A stretch of DNA of 64,000 nt, from positions 785,639 to 849,638 of the forward strand of contig CP066693.1 of assembly GCA_016432525.1 (NCBI GenBank). The letters are read 5' to 3'. This DNA comes from Candidatus Woesebacteria bacterium. Lineage in GTDB: Bacteria > Patescibacteriota > Microgenomatia > UBA8517. This document shows, one piece after another, positions 47,343 through 56,511 of the stretch. Under the pieces are notes generated by a model. That model searched no databases. It was not told where the DNA came from and saw only the letters and a list, made by a program, of their open reading frames with translations. The position numbers and the translations under genes were made by a program. How positions within the stretch are numbered: the first letter of the stretch is position 1; every line of letters begins with the position of its first letter.

Positions 47343-48729
47343 CTACTAAAGTATAGCCCATTTTGATTAACTGATCACGGATTTTGTCAGCGGCCTCAAA
47401 ATTGCCTTCTTTTCGAAAATTTTCTCGCTCTTCTAAAAGCTTTTGAGTATTAACTGTTACTTCCTTTTTCCCCACATTTAAATTCGCATTAATACAAAGC
47501 CCTAAAATCTCATCAAAATACATAAGTAAATCGTATTTATCAGAATGTGGGATATTACTTTTCAAAGCTTTCCACACTATCGCCAAAGCCTTTGGAGTAT
47601 TAAAATCATCATTCAAAAAAGAGCTAAAATCGGATCTAAACTGATCAATCTTTGTAAGCTTCTCATCTGAAAGTGTATTTCTGGTTTCCTCTCCCGTTTC
47701 TTTGGTTACACTCGCAATTTTGTAAAGCTTACTCAAAGCAGTTTCAGATGCCTTCAAGCTTTCCCATGTAAAATTTAACGGATCCCGATAATGTGTAGTC
47801 AAATATAAATATCGCAGCGCCAAAGGGTTAATTTCATGATTTTTAATATCATCTATTGTATAAAGGTTGCCCAAAGATTTACTCATCTTTTTGCCATCAA
47901 CCATTAAAAATTCATGATGAATAAAGTAATTAGCAAAAGGCTTTCCAGTTGCCGCCTCACTTTGTGCAATTTCGTTTGTGTGATGAGTTGGGATATGATC
48001 AATTCCGCCAGTATGAATATCAAAAGTTTCGCCTAAATATTTCATGCTCATGGCAGAACATTCAATATGCCAACCCGGGAATCCCTCTCCCCAAGGAGAT
48101 ACCCATCTCATGGTATGATTTGCAAATCTACCCACCGTAAAAATCCAAAGAGCAAAATCCGCAGGGTGTTTTTTGGCTGGGTCTGATACGACATCTTCTC
48201 TTACCGCCGTCTTTAAATCATCCAAATTCTGTCCTGAAAGTTTTGTGTAGTTAGCAAATTTTGAAATATCAAAATAAATTCCTTGTTCGCTCTGATAAGT
48301 AAACCCGCGCGCTTCTAATTTCTTTATTAAATCAATTTGCGCATCGATATGCTCCGTTGCCCGACAAACTATGTCAGCACGTTTTATGTTTAAGGCATCA
48401 TTTGAAATAAAAAATTGTTCTTCAAAAAACTTTGCAACTTCCCATACACTTTTCCCCAAAAGTTTTGCTCCCTTTTCCATTTTATCCTCTCCTTCATCAG
48501 CGTCAGATGTCAAATGCCCAACATCAGTTATGTTCATAACATGCTTTACCTGAAATCCATCTAAAGCCAACACTCGTTTAATTATGTCATCTCCAACATA
48601 ACGTCTTAAATGTCCAATGTGTGCATATCCATAAACAGTTGGTCCACAAGAATACATTCCTACACTTGGAGAATTAATAGGTTTGAACTCCTCAATTGTT
48701 CGAGTTAAGGAATTGTAAAATTTAAGCAC
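47329..48729 (-). CDS. cysS: cysteine--tRNA ligase
   Basis: MYSCGPTVYGYAHIGH (HIGH), KMSKSLGN, and zinc ligands. Probable GTG start at 48729, preceded by GGAGG. The track ATG at 48768 would overlap the upstream gene by 47 nt and has no RBS. Confidence 0.9.
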   Translation of the reverse strand: MLKFYNSLTRTIEEFKPINSPSVGMYSCGPTVYGYAHIGHLRRYVGDDIIKRVLALDGFQVKHVMNITDVGHLTSDADEGEDKMEKGAKLLGKSVWEVAKFFEEQFFISNDALNIKRADIVCRATEHIDAQIDLIKKLEARGFTYQSEQGIYFDISKFANYTKLSGQNLDDLKTAVREDVVSDPAKKHPADFALWIFTVGRFANHTMRWVSPWGEGFPGWHIECSAMSMKYLGETFDIHTGGIDHIPTHHTNEIAQSEAATGKPFANYFIHHEFLMVDGKKMSKSLGNLYTIDDIKNHEINPLALRYLYLTTHYRDPLNFTWESLKASETALSKLYKIASVTKETGEETRNTLSDEKLTKIDQFRSDFSSFLNDDFNTPKALAIVWKALKSNIPHSDKYDLLMYFDEILGLCINANLNVGKKEVTVNTQKLLEERENFRKEGNFEAADKIRDQLIKMGYTLVDDKV

Positions 48730-49195
48730 CTCCGCCTCCTTTTCTTTCTTTAGAAGTTGCTCGATCATACATACTTTTAACTGCTTTTTTCATTCCTCCA
48801 AATGGCCCTTTTGGCTTTTCATTAGTTGTAATTTGTGTCTGCTCTTTTGGTTGTATTTCCATTACTTGAGTTTGTATCTGGCTCCATTGTTCTTTTTGTT
48901 GAAGCCGCTTTTGCTGAGCTTCTAATAGCGCTTGATCTAGTTCAGCTTTCAATTCTTGATATCTCTTAACTCTATATTGTTCATCTTGCATTTTTTGAAT
49001 TTCAATTTGTTTATCCTGATCTTTTGTAGCACCTTCTTGTTGTAAATTTTCCATACCTGTAGTTTGTCTAACAACATCTTGACCCATGGATTTTGTGGTT
49101 TCAAAAGAAGTTTTAGCAACAGCCCTTGCAGCTTTAATAGCCTGATCTCGAGCAGAGCTTGCAACTTTTGTTGGAGATTGGAATATCGTAGCCAT
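48722..49195 (-). CDS. hypothetical coiled-coil protein with a C-terminal GGGGA tail
   Basis: Gln/Lys/Glu-rich heptad-like sequence. The track start at 49213 is a TTG; the ATG at 49195 sits 6 nt after a TATACT -10 box. The last codons (GGA GGC GGA GGT) form the cysS RBS. Confidence 0.4.
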   Translation of the reverse strand: MATIFQSPTKVASSARDQAIKAARAVAKTSFETTKSMGQDVVRQTTGMENLQQEGATKDQDKQIEIQKMQDEQYRVKRYQELKAELDQALLEAQQKRLQQKEQWSQIQTQVMEIQPKEQTQITTNEKPKGPFGGMKKAVKSMYDRATSKERKGGGGA

Positions 49196-49258
49196 AACAC
49201 TAGTATAGACCAAGTGAGCCTCAGGCTCAATTCCAGCCTCAAAATTATCCCATAATAC

Positions 49259-49287
49259 TTGACTTTTGACTTGAAAAATGCTATAAT
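49259..49287 (+). promoter_or_regulatory. consensus-like sigma70 promoter TTGACT-17-TATAAT
   Basis: TTGACT at 49259-49264 and TATAAT at 49282-49287 with a 17-nt spacer. Predicted TSS about 49294. Confidence 0.6.
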
Positions 49288-49344
49288 TCTTTTACATTAA
49301 ATTAGCCTTAATTCAAGGCTAGCACATTTAAGCAAATTCTCTTT

Positions 49345-49401
49345 AATTACCAACCTCTTTAGGCATGACCCTCGTGCTTAACGAGGTTGGTAATTTTTTT
49401 A
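49345..49401 (+). terminator. leader hairpin plus U-tract (attenuator or small-RNA terminator) between the promoter and the 49421 ORF
   Basis: Perfect 12-bp stem ATTACCAACCTC / GAGGTTGGTAAT with a 25-nt loop, followed by TTTTTTT. AAGGAG RBS and ATG lie 20 nt downstream. Confidence 0.55.
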
Positions 49402-49420
49402 TCTCACAAGGAGATTAAAG

Positions 49421-49699
49421 ATGTTCAAAGGAAATGGCAGAAAGGCTGATGTCGATACCGTCTTTCAAATGCTTGAATTCTCTTTTAGCCAAAAGCCATT
49501 CGAAATTGTCGGTGGGCTCGCCCACATCAACATGAAGTTAATGGTGAATCCAACCGCCGAGTTCGGCAGATTGGAATTTGGCCACACAGAGAGAAGGTCT
49601 TATCCGGCAATCCTGATCAGGGATAATAACCCTCGGGAGTTTGCTAGGAAAGAAGCCATTCAAGTTTATTGTGAAGGCGGTGTTTGGCACGCCACGTAG
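49421..49699 (+). CDS. hypothetical small protein (92 aa) in a GC-rich island
   Basis: AAGGAG RBS 6 nt upstream of the ATG. Codons are conspicuously GC-rich (CTC, GCC, CCG, CGG, ACG) relative to the neighbours. No family recognised; this could instead be part of an RNA element. Confidence 0.3.
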   Translation: MFKGNGRKADVDTVFQMLEFSFSQKPFEIVGGLAHINMKLMVNPTAEFGRLEFGHTERRSYPAILIRDNNPREFARKEAIQVYCEGGVWHAT

Positions 49700-49770
49700 C
49701 CAATCAGGCCTGGGGTGAGAAATCATTTTAGATTTCATCATATTAACACTCACCCCGCCTGCCGTTCATC

Positions 49771-50379
49771 TTAAATCTCTCGCCTTCCTTCAATCGCAGA
49801 AGTCAGAGTAATAGGGTCAGCATACCCTAAATCCGCTCCAGTAGGAATTCCCATCCCCAGTCTTGTAATTTTCAAATGATGTCCATTATTTGGGTTTTGT
49901 TCATGAAGTTTTTTGGTTATATACATAGAAGTTGCCTCCCCCTCCATCGTCGGGTTTGTAGCAATAATAATTTCATTGGCATCGTGCGCTCTCTTAAACA
50001 AATCCTCCATATAAAGCTCATCTGGCCCAATATTTTCAAGTGGATTAATTACTCCATGCAAAACATGATAAACACCGAAAAACTTTGCAGTTTTTTCAAA
50101 AACCAAAATGTCCAATGGCTCCTCAATTACCATTATGGTTTTCTTGTCTCTTTTTATATCTGAACACACCAAACACGGGTCCGCCTCAGAAACATTTTTA
50201 CAAACAGAGCAAAGTATTGTGTTTTTCTTAAGATTTGAAAGCGACTGAGCAAAATCATCGAGCTGACTTTGTGGAACACGAAGTAAATAAAAAGTAAGCC
50301 TCTCAGCAGTTTTAGGACCAATTCCAGGAAGTCTTTGGAAAGACTCAATTAAAGAATTGATAGGCTTGGCAATTTTCAT
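49771..50379 (-). CDS. recR: recombination protein RecR
   Basis: HhH (LPGIGPKTAERL), C4 zinc finger (CSVC...CLVC), and Toprim. Confidence 0.9.
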   Translation of the reverse strand: MKIAKPINSLIESFQRLPGIGPKTAERLTFYLLRVPQSQLDDFAQSLSNLKKNTILCSVCKNVSEADPCLVCSDIKRDKKTIMVIEEPLDILVFEKTAKFFGVYHVLHGVINPLENIGPDELYMEDLFKRAHDANEIIIATNPTMEGEATSMYITKKLHEQNPNNGHHLKITRLGMGIPTGADLGYADPITLTSAIEGRREI

Positions 50380-50397
50380 AATTTAGATTATACATAC

Positions 50398-50679
50398 TCA
50401 GAAGCCTTTAAGAAGACCTGATAATCCCCCGCCTTCATCCATCATTTTCTTCGCAGCTTTTTTCTGAACTTCCTTCATAGCCCTGTTTATTGCTTCAATC
50501 AAATCATCATTTTCATCTCCATCAATTATAATTTTTTCAACTTTCTGCTCCCCATTAACAGTCACTTCAATCCCTCTATATTCGGTAGTAGTTTTAATCT
50601 CGCGAAGCTTTTTCTGAAGATCCATCGCTTGCGATCTCATTTTCCTTAACTCATTAAGCTGTTGTACTTTGTCAAACAT
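50398..50679 (-). CDS. ybaB: YbaB/EbfC nucleoid-associated protein
   Basis: MFDKVQQLNELRKMRSQAMDLQKKL...EVTVNGEQKVEKIIID. Start placed at the internal ATG to fit the family N-terminus. Confidence 0.85.
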   Translation of the reverse strand: MFDKVQQLNELRKMRSQAMDLQKKLREIKTTTEYRGIEVTVNGEQKVEKIIIDGDENDDLIEAINRAMKEVQKKAAKKMMDEGGGLSGLLKGF

Positions 50680-52114
50680 TATTAAATATTTCCTTAGCAG
50701 CTTCAATTATATCTGCCTCGTGGGTTGTAGTCAAAGTCTCTTTTGGTTTTTCTGCTATCACAGGTTTTCTTTCAATAAGTTCGTAAAAAACCTGAATCAA
50801 GTCTCCCGTCAAAGAAGAAACTGCATCCTCTAAAATCTTTTTACTGGAAATTGTCTCTAATTTTTCTTTGTGAAATCTAAAAGGCACACCAATTTTTAGA
50901 ATAACTCCATCAAAAGATAAAGGTTGAGAGGTTCTTAAAAGAGCCTCAATCGAAACATTTTTAGATCTAATTTCCATTAAAATTTGATTCCATAAATCTG
51001 TGTCAATTGATTTTATCTGAATTTTTTCACTTTTTTCAGTTTTTTGAGTTTTTTTTTCTTCTGTTTTTGTCCCACACCATTCAAAAACCGCCATTTCCAA
51101 AGGCACTTGTGAAATATACGATTGCCCTATTTTTAATTTAGCTTTAATTAAAAGATTAGTGAGATTTGCTATTTCATCAATTTGAAAACTTTTTAATTCT
51201 TCTTCTTTCAAAACTCCACTTTTAGAAAGAAAACCTTTATGGAGTTGTCCCAAAACTTCATCTATAAAACTTTTTATATTTCCCCCAGAATTAACAAAAT
51301 CTTCAATAAATAAAACTGCCTCCCGATTTTCTTTTTGCGATAAAATTTCCAAAAAGTTCAAAACCTTACCAGAGGAAATATGTGCTGTTACTTTTTCAGC
51401 ATCTTTTAAAGAGATTTTCTTTTTGTTAAATGAAACCTGCTCCAAAATCTTAACTGCGTCTCGGAAAGATCCATCTGAAAGTTTGTAGATCAGATCAACT
51501 ACTCCTTCCTCAACTTTAATTTTTTCTCCTTTCATAACTCGCACCAGTTGTCTTTCCACTTCTTCCTTTTTAGCTTTTTCAAAGACTAGATTAAAAGTTC
51601 GAGAAATAATAGTAGAAGGCAACTTTTCTGGATTAGTTGTTGCAAGAATAAAAATTGCATGAGCAGGTGGCTCCTCCAAAGTTTTTAAGAAAGCATTTGC
51701 TGCCTCAACAGTCAACATGTGGGCCTCATCGATTATGTAAACTTTTTTTCTTAAATTTACAGGGGAAAGCATAATGCTTTCATTCAAAGATCTTATGTCG
51801 TCTATTCCCCTATGGGACGCAGCATCCATTTCAATTACATCCAAACTTGCCCCATTGGTAATGGAGATACAAGATTCACACTTATTACACGGCTCGATAA
51901 GCCCTGGTCCACGAAGCTTTTGCGAAGTCGACTCGCAATTCACAATTTTTGCCAAAATCCTGGCAGCAGAAGTTTTTCCAGTACCTTTCAATCCAGAAAA
52001 CAAAAATGCATGAGGAATATCACCTGTTGAAATTAGAGACTTTAACGACTCTCTGACGCTTTCTAAATCAAGCTCTTCAATTGTCTGGGGACGATACTTT
52101 AAATAAAGTGTCAT
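50672..52114 (-). CDS. dnaX: DNA polymerase III subunit gamma/tau
   Basis: Walker A GLKGTGKTS, Zn module CESTSQ...CNKCESC, and DEAH-like box. Conserved dnaX-ybaB-recR order. Confidence 0.9.
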   Translation of the reverse strand: MTLYLKYRPQTIEELDLESVRESLKSLISTGDIPHAFLFSGLKGTGKTSAARILAKIVNCESTSQKLRGPGLIEPCNKCESCISITNGASLDVIEMDAASHRGIDDIRSLNESIMLSPVNLRKKVYIIDEAHMLTVEAANAFLKTLEEPPAHAIFILATTNPEKLPSTIISRTFNLVFEKAKKEEVERQLVRVMKGEKIKVEEGVVDLIYKLSDGSFRDAVKILEQVSFNKKKISLKDAEKVTAHISSGKVLNFLEILSQKENREAVLFIEDFVNSGGNIKSFIDEVLGQLHKGFLSKSGVLKEEELKSFQIDEIANLTNLLIKAKLKIGQSYISQVPLEMAVFEWCGTKTEEKKTQKTEKSEKIQIKSIDTDLWNQILMEIRSKNVSIEALLRTSQPLSFDGVILKIGVPFRFHKEKLETISSKKILEDAVSSLTGDLIQVFYELIERKPVIAEKPKETLTTTHEADIIEAAKEIFNNV

Positions 52115-52177
52115 AGTTTCTAATTTACATCTTAAAAAAAACTTTAGAAACTATCTCTTTATAATACGAAGTGTATT

Positions 52178-52561
52178 TTAGTGATGAATTCCAAGAAGAT
52201 GCAAACTTCCATGCTCGACCAAATCACAAATTACCTCTTCAACTAATTTATTTTCTTTTTTTGATTCTTCGATTGCTTTTGGATAAGAAATAATTATTTC
52301 TCCAAGTCTGTTAACGTTATCTGGCGGTTCAATAAAATGCTCATTTGTTTCATTCTCCAAAAACGTAAAAATCGGATGCTCCTTACTATCTCCATAATAA
52401 GCTCTCCCAATTTCAACCATCCTATTTGATCCCAAAAGTGCAACAGAAACTTCAAAATCAGACGTAACACCATTTGAAACCAAAGTGTTAATTACGCGGT
52501 CTTTAATCTTCTTTGAAGAAACCGAAAAATTTGATTGTTTATAAACGCTAACTGCTATCAT
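52178..52561 (-). CDS. ybeY: rRNA maturation endoribonuclease YbeY
   Basis: HGSLHLLGIHH matches the HxxxHxxGxxH zinc motif. Confidence 0.8.
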   Translation of the reverse strand: MIAVSVYKQSNFSVSSKKIKDRVINTLVSNGVTSDFEVSVALLGSNRMVEIGRAYYGDSKEHPIFTFLENETNEHFIEPPDNVNRLGEIIISYPKAIEESKKENKLVEEVICDLVEHGSLHLLGIHH

Positions 52562-52562
52562 T

Positions 52563-52994
52563 TTATGATTTTGATTTAACTAACTCACTTACTCGCTTTC
52601 CTTCGGCTTGTCCTCTTGTCTTCTTCATAACTTCACCTATAACTCGACCCATATTTGATTTATCATCCATCCCACTTAAAACTTCGTCTATAATTTTTGA
52701 TAACTGCTCATCATCCATTTGTTTTGGTAAATACTCCTCCAAAATTTTAAGTTCAGCCCTCTCTTTTTCAGCTCGCTCTTTTTGGTTTGCTTTATCATAA
52801 ATCTCGATTGCATCTTTTCTTTTCTTGGCTTCTTTTTTGACAACAGTTAACTCCTCTTCCTCATTTAAATCAGACATTTTATCAATTCGAGCATAGGATA
52901 AAGCAGTTGAAAGCATACGAAGAGCAATAAGTCTTGTCTCATCTTTTGCCTTTAAAGCATCAGTGATTTGTTTTTGAATTGTGTCAGAAATCAT
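52563..52994 (-). CDS. GatB/YqeY-domain protein
   Basis: MISDTIQKQITDALKAKDETRLIALRMLSTAL, the characteristic YqeY N-terminus. Confidence 0.8.
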   Translation of the reverse strand: MISDTIQKQITDALKAKDETRLIALRMLSTALSYARIDKMSDLNEEEELTVVKKEAKKRKDAIEIYDKANQKERAEKERAELKILEEYLPKQMDDEQLSKIIDEVLSGMDDKSNMGRVIGEVMKKTRGQAEGKRVSELVKSKS

Positions 52995-53253
52995 ATTATT
53001 AGAAGTATATTATCACATTTGAGGAAAAATTATTCTCTTTTAAAAACCTGCCCAAATCTACTCCCGGGTTCACCTATGCCTTAGGTAAGAACGGTTTCGA
53101 ATAAGCACACACAGCGCTTATTCCTCTAGTCACAGACTTTCGCCTGCACAAGTCAAGGCTATTCAGTTTTTCGCATAAGATAGCTAGTAAATGGAAATGA
53201 CCATGCTACTCATACATTGGAAAAACCTTTATTAAGAGTTACCGATAAAAAGC

Positions 53254-53282
53254 AGTATACCAAATTACTTATAGGATGTCAA
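53254..53282 (-). promoter_or_regulatory. near-consensus sigma70 promoter TTGACA-17-TATACT immediately after the HIT stop codon
   Basis: Minus-strand TTGACA at 53282-53277 and TATACT at 53259-53254, spacer 17. Would drive a roughly 210-nt non-coding leader or small RNA before yqeY. Confidence 0.5.
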
Positions 53283-53283
53283 A

Positions 53284-53622
53284 TTAATTCTGAAGTCCTC
53301 TTGCTACATCATCGTCTTTTGAAACTCCTCCCAAAAAATGGACATGCATATGATCAATTGCTGCTGATTTCCCTGCATTAGTCACTAACCTAAAGCCAGA
53401 TATTCTTCGCTCTTTAGCTATCTCTAAAGCTATCTTTTTAATTTCAAGCCAAAGCCCATCTGTTATCTCATTTATATCTTTAATATGATTTTTGGGAACA
53501 ATCAAAAGGTGAACTGAAGCCTTAGGGTGAATATCACTAAAAACAACAAAACTAATACTTTCCTTTTCAATCTTCGAAGAAATTTCTCTATTGATAATCT
53601 TACAAAAAATACAATCTTTCAT
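53284..53622 (-). CDS. HIT-family hydrolase
   Basis: Histidine triad HMHVHFLGG. Confidence 0.85.
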   Translation of the reverse strand: MKDCIFCKIINREISSKIEKESISFVVFSDIHPKASVHLLIVPKNHIKDINEITDGLWLEIKKIALEIAKERRISGFRLVTNAGKSAAIDHMHVHFLGGVSKDDDVARGLQN

Positions 53623-53626
53623 GGGA

Positions 53627-53878
53627 TTATTTTTGTTGAGTTTCCCTTATTTTACTCATTCTAGCTACAAATGGATTAACTGGTTCCACTTTTTTAGCAA
53701 CAGGCGTATTCGCCTCATCTATAGCTCCTTGTTCCTTTGCTGTACTGGCGGCATTTTGTAATCCAAAAGTTTTCCTTTGTTCAGGATCTTGCCACGTACT
53801 TTGTTGCTTTTCTTGTTGCTCTTCAATCATCTTTTGTACATGTTTAGGATTAGACGGATCAAAACTTTCATCAATCAT
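53627..53878 (-). CDS. hypothetical small protein
   Basis: ORF only; Gln/Glu-rich. Overlaps the proS start by 4 nt. Confidence 0.3.
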   Translation of the reverse strand: MIDESFDPSNPKHVQKMIEEQQEKQQSTWQDPEQRKTFGLQNAASTAKEQGAIDEANTPVAKKVEPVNPFVARMSKIRETQQK

Positions 53879-55098
53879 TTACTCTCACCTCTCAATCTTT
53901 TTAATATCTCTTCCAAACTTAAAAGTTCAGTTTTGTTTGAAATTCTTTCTTTCCACTCAACTTTCTCCCCGGTTTTTTCAGACACAACAAGCCTCACTGG
54001 AATCCCGATTAAATCACTATCTCCAAATTTCTCTCCAGCTGACAGATCCCTATCATCCCACAAAACCTCAATATTTTCTTTTTGCAGTTTTTCATAGAAA
54101 GTTTCTGTTTTCTTTTTTATTTCTTTGTTTTCCCCAATGTTCAATATATGAACATCAAATGGCGCAACTACTGCGGGCCACATAATTCCTCTTTCGTCAT
54201 GATTTACTTCAACCAAAGTTCCCATAACTCTTGTAGGCCCTATTCCATAACTTCCAAACCAAACTGCCTTTCTCTCTCCATTTTTATCCACAAAAGTAAC
54301 GTTCATTTTCTCAGCGTAGTGTTTTCCTAATGGAAAAATGTTTCCAACTTCAATTGATTTTGCAGATTTATATTCACTTTTATTTCCTTCAAAAACTTCC
54401 TCGTTAATTGCCTCTGACTCCTCTTCTTTCCAATAAATTGTATCCTCTCCAGCATCAGTTAAAACTTGAAACTCATGCGTAAACTTGTCTGTAAAAACCC
54501 CACCTGATGCCTTTGTAACCTTAAAATTAAAGCCGAGTCTTTTAAATATTTTACAGTAAGCACCTTTTACTTTTTCGTAATAATCCATTAAATCTTCCTC
54601 TGAGACATGTGCGCTGTATAAATCCTTCATCATAAATTCTCTTCCCCTAAGTATTCCGCTTTTGGCACGAAGCTCATTTCTAAATTTTGTTGAAAACTGA
54701 TAGACATAGACAGGTAAATCCTGATAGCTTTTTATATTTTTCCTCAAAATATCCATCACAATTTCCTCATGAGTAAAAGAAAGTGCAAATTCCCGATCAT
54801 GAGCATCTTTAAATTGATACATGACATCCCGTGCCGTTTCCCATCTTCCAGTCTCATTCCAAATATTTTTTGGGTGAAGCAAAGGCATTTGCATCTCTTG
54901 TCCACCAATTGCATTCATTTCTTCCCGAATAATATTGTTTATTTTGGTAACAACACGAAGCCCTAAAGGTAGCAAAGTCCAACTCCCTGCCATCAACTGA
55001 TCAATAAATCCTGCACGAACTAAAAGTTTATGATTAATACTCTCTGCATCACTTGGTGCTTCTTTTCGAGTTTTAGGAAATAATTTTGATTGCCTCAT
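53875..55098 (-). CDS. proS: proline--tRNA ligase (short form lacking the INS domain)
   Basis: N-terminus MRQSKLFPKTRKEAPSDAESINHKLLVRAGFIDQLMAGSWTLLPLG matches ProRS. Class II motifs present. Confidence 0.85.
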   Translation of the reverse strand: MRQSKLFPKTRKEAPSDAESINHKLLVRAGFIDQLMAGSWTLLPLGLRVVTKINNIIREEMNAIGGQEMQMPLLHPKNIWNETGRWETARDVMYQFKDAHDREFALSFTHEEIVMDILRKNIKSYQDLPVYVYQFSTKFRNELRAKSGILRGREFMMKDLYSAHVSEEDLMDYYEKVKGAYCKIFKRLGFNFKVTKASGGVFTDKFTHEFQVLTDAGEDTIYWKEEESEAINEEVFEGNKSEYKSAKSIEVGNIFPLGKHYAEKMNVTFVDKNGERKAVWFGSYGIGPTRVMGTLVEVNHDERGIMWPAVVAPFDVHILNIGENKEIKKKTETFYEKLQKENIEVLWDDRDLSAGEKFGDSDLIGIPVRLVVSEKTGEKVEWKERISNKTELLSLEEILKRLRGESK

Positions 55099-55363
55099 TG
55101 TCTAGTGTAAGTATAATTTATGAATCCCAAGTTGTCTATTAACTCATTATGGGATAAAATATTTCAAAGCTCATTCAAAGAAGGCAAAAGCCGTGAAGAA
55201 CAAGCATTTAAGGCAAGCCTTCGTTGTAACAATCATCGCATCATTTCTAGCCATAGGGTGGATACTTTGGATACTAAGCGCAATCCTACCTCTCATAAAT
55301 CCAATTTATCATCCCTAAACCTTAAGGAGGTACTCTAAAAACCTATTTGGAACTACCTCCTTC

Positions 55364-56491
55364 TTATTTCATCAAACTATCTATAAATTTTGAAAAACTC
55401 CCAGCAGAAATTAATTTTGGAAGTTCGCGATAAGTTAACAAAACTACCAATAAAAGAAGAATCATCATGCCAACAGTATAAATTTTACTTTCCCAATTTG
55501 TTCTAAGTTTCTTCTTTAAAATTTTCTCAAGAACAATAATTAAAACTCTTGACCCATCCAAAGGTGGAAATGGAATCAAATTGAAAAAAGCTAAATTCAA
55601 AGAAATTATTCCAGCTAAACTCAAAAGCGGACCAATTCCAGATTTTGCAGCTTCTGCTGTAACTGCAACAATTACAACAGGCCCTCCAACATCTTTTGGA
55701 ACAACACCTGACAAAAGCTGGCCAACGATTCTTAAAAGCCCGAGAATTGTTTCACGGCTATAAAACCAAGTATCTTGCACTCCATAATAAACTCCATACA
55801 AAGGTCTTAAAATAAAAGGTGGATAATAAAGATATTGTTCTTTTGAAGTGACAACAACTCCAATCATGGCTCTTTCAACCCCCTTATCATCTTTTTCTAT
55901 CTTTGGAGTAACATATAAAACTACACTTTGGTCCTTTCTTTTTACTTCAACTCTCGCCTGCCTGTCACGATTTTCAGTTATTGCATTTATGAACTCCTCA
56001 TTTGTTTTTATAGAGTTTCCATTTACTTTCAAAACTTGATCTCCAGCAGCAAAACTAGCATCAAACGCAGGAGTGTTAGCTCTTACATCTTGAATCAAGA
56101 CATACCCCAAATCTCGCACCTTTGGAATTCCAGAAAATGTATAAATCACACTAAAACAAAAGGCCGCAAATAAAATATTCATAACAATTCCAGCTGTAGA
56201 AATAAAAACTCTTGCTTTTGCACTTTTATTTACAAATGCTCGTTTGGGATAACGAGTTTTTCCTTCATCAGTCTCTCCATGAAGCCTGACAAATCCACCC
56301 AAAGGAAGTGCATTAATTGAATACAGCGTATTGCCAATTTTCTTACCCCAAACTCTTGGTGGAATCCCAATTCCAAACTCCTCAACCCAAACACCTGCTC
56401 TTTTAGCAACTAAAAAATGTCCCAACTCATGAACAAAAACCAAAACAGAAAGAAAAATTAAAACTATCAGAATAGTAACTGGATCGATCAT
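55364..56491 (-). CDS. rseP: RIP metalloprotease RseP (site-2 protease)
   Basis: HELGHFLVAKR (HExxH) in the first transmembrane helix, PDZ, and a C-terminal LDG motif (PLDGSRVL). Confidence 0.85.
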   Translation of the reverse strand: MIDPVTILIVLIFLSVLVFVHELGHFLVAKRAGVWVEEFGIGIPPRVWGKKIGNTLYSINALPLGGFVRLHGETDEGKTRYPKRAFVNKSAKARVFISTAGIVMNILFAAFCFSVIYTFSGIPKVRDLGYVLIQDVRANTPAFDASFAAGDQVLKVNGNSIKTNEEFINAITENRDRQARVEVKRKDQSVVLYVTPKIEKDDKGVERAMIGVVVTSKEQYLYYPPFILRPLYGVYYGVQDTWFYSRETILGLLRIVGQLLSGVVPKDVGGPVVIVAVTAEAAKSGIGPLLSLAGIISLNLAFFNLIPFPPLDGSRVLIIVLEKILKKKLRTNWESKIYTVGMMILLLLVVLLTYRELPKLISAGSFSKFIDSLMK

Positions 56492-56511
56492 CTAGAAGTC
56501 ATTTTAACAAA

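Noticed and set aside
49538-49753. 71-aa minus-strand ORF antisense to the 49421..49699 small ORF
   Set aside because: It is fully antisense to the better-supported plus-strand ORF, which has an RBS and promoter. It spans the downstream hairpin and has no start-context support.
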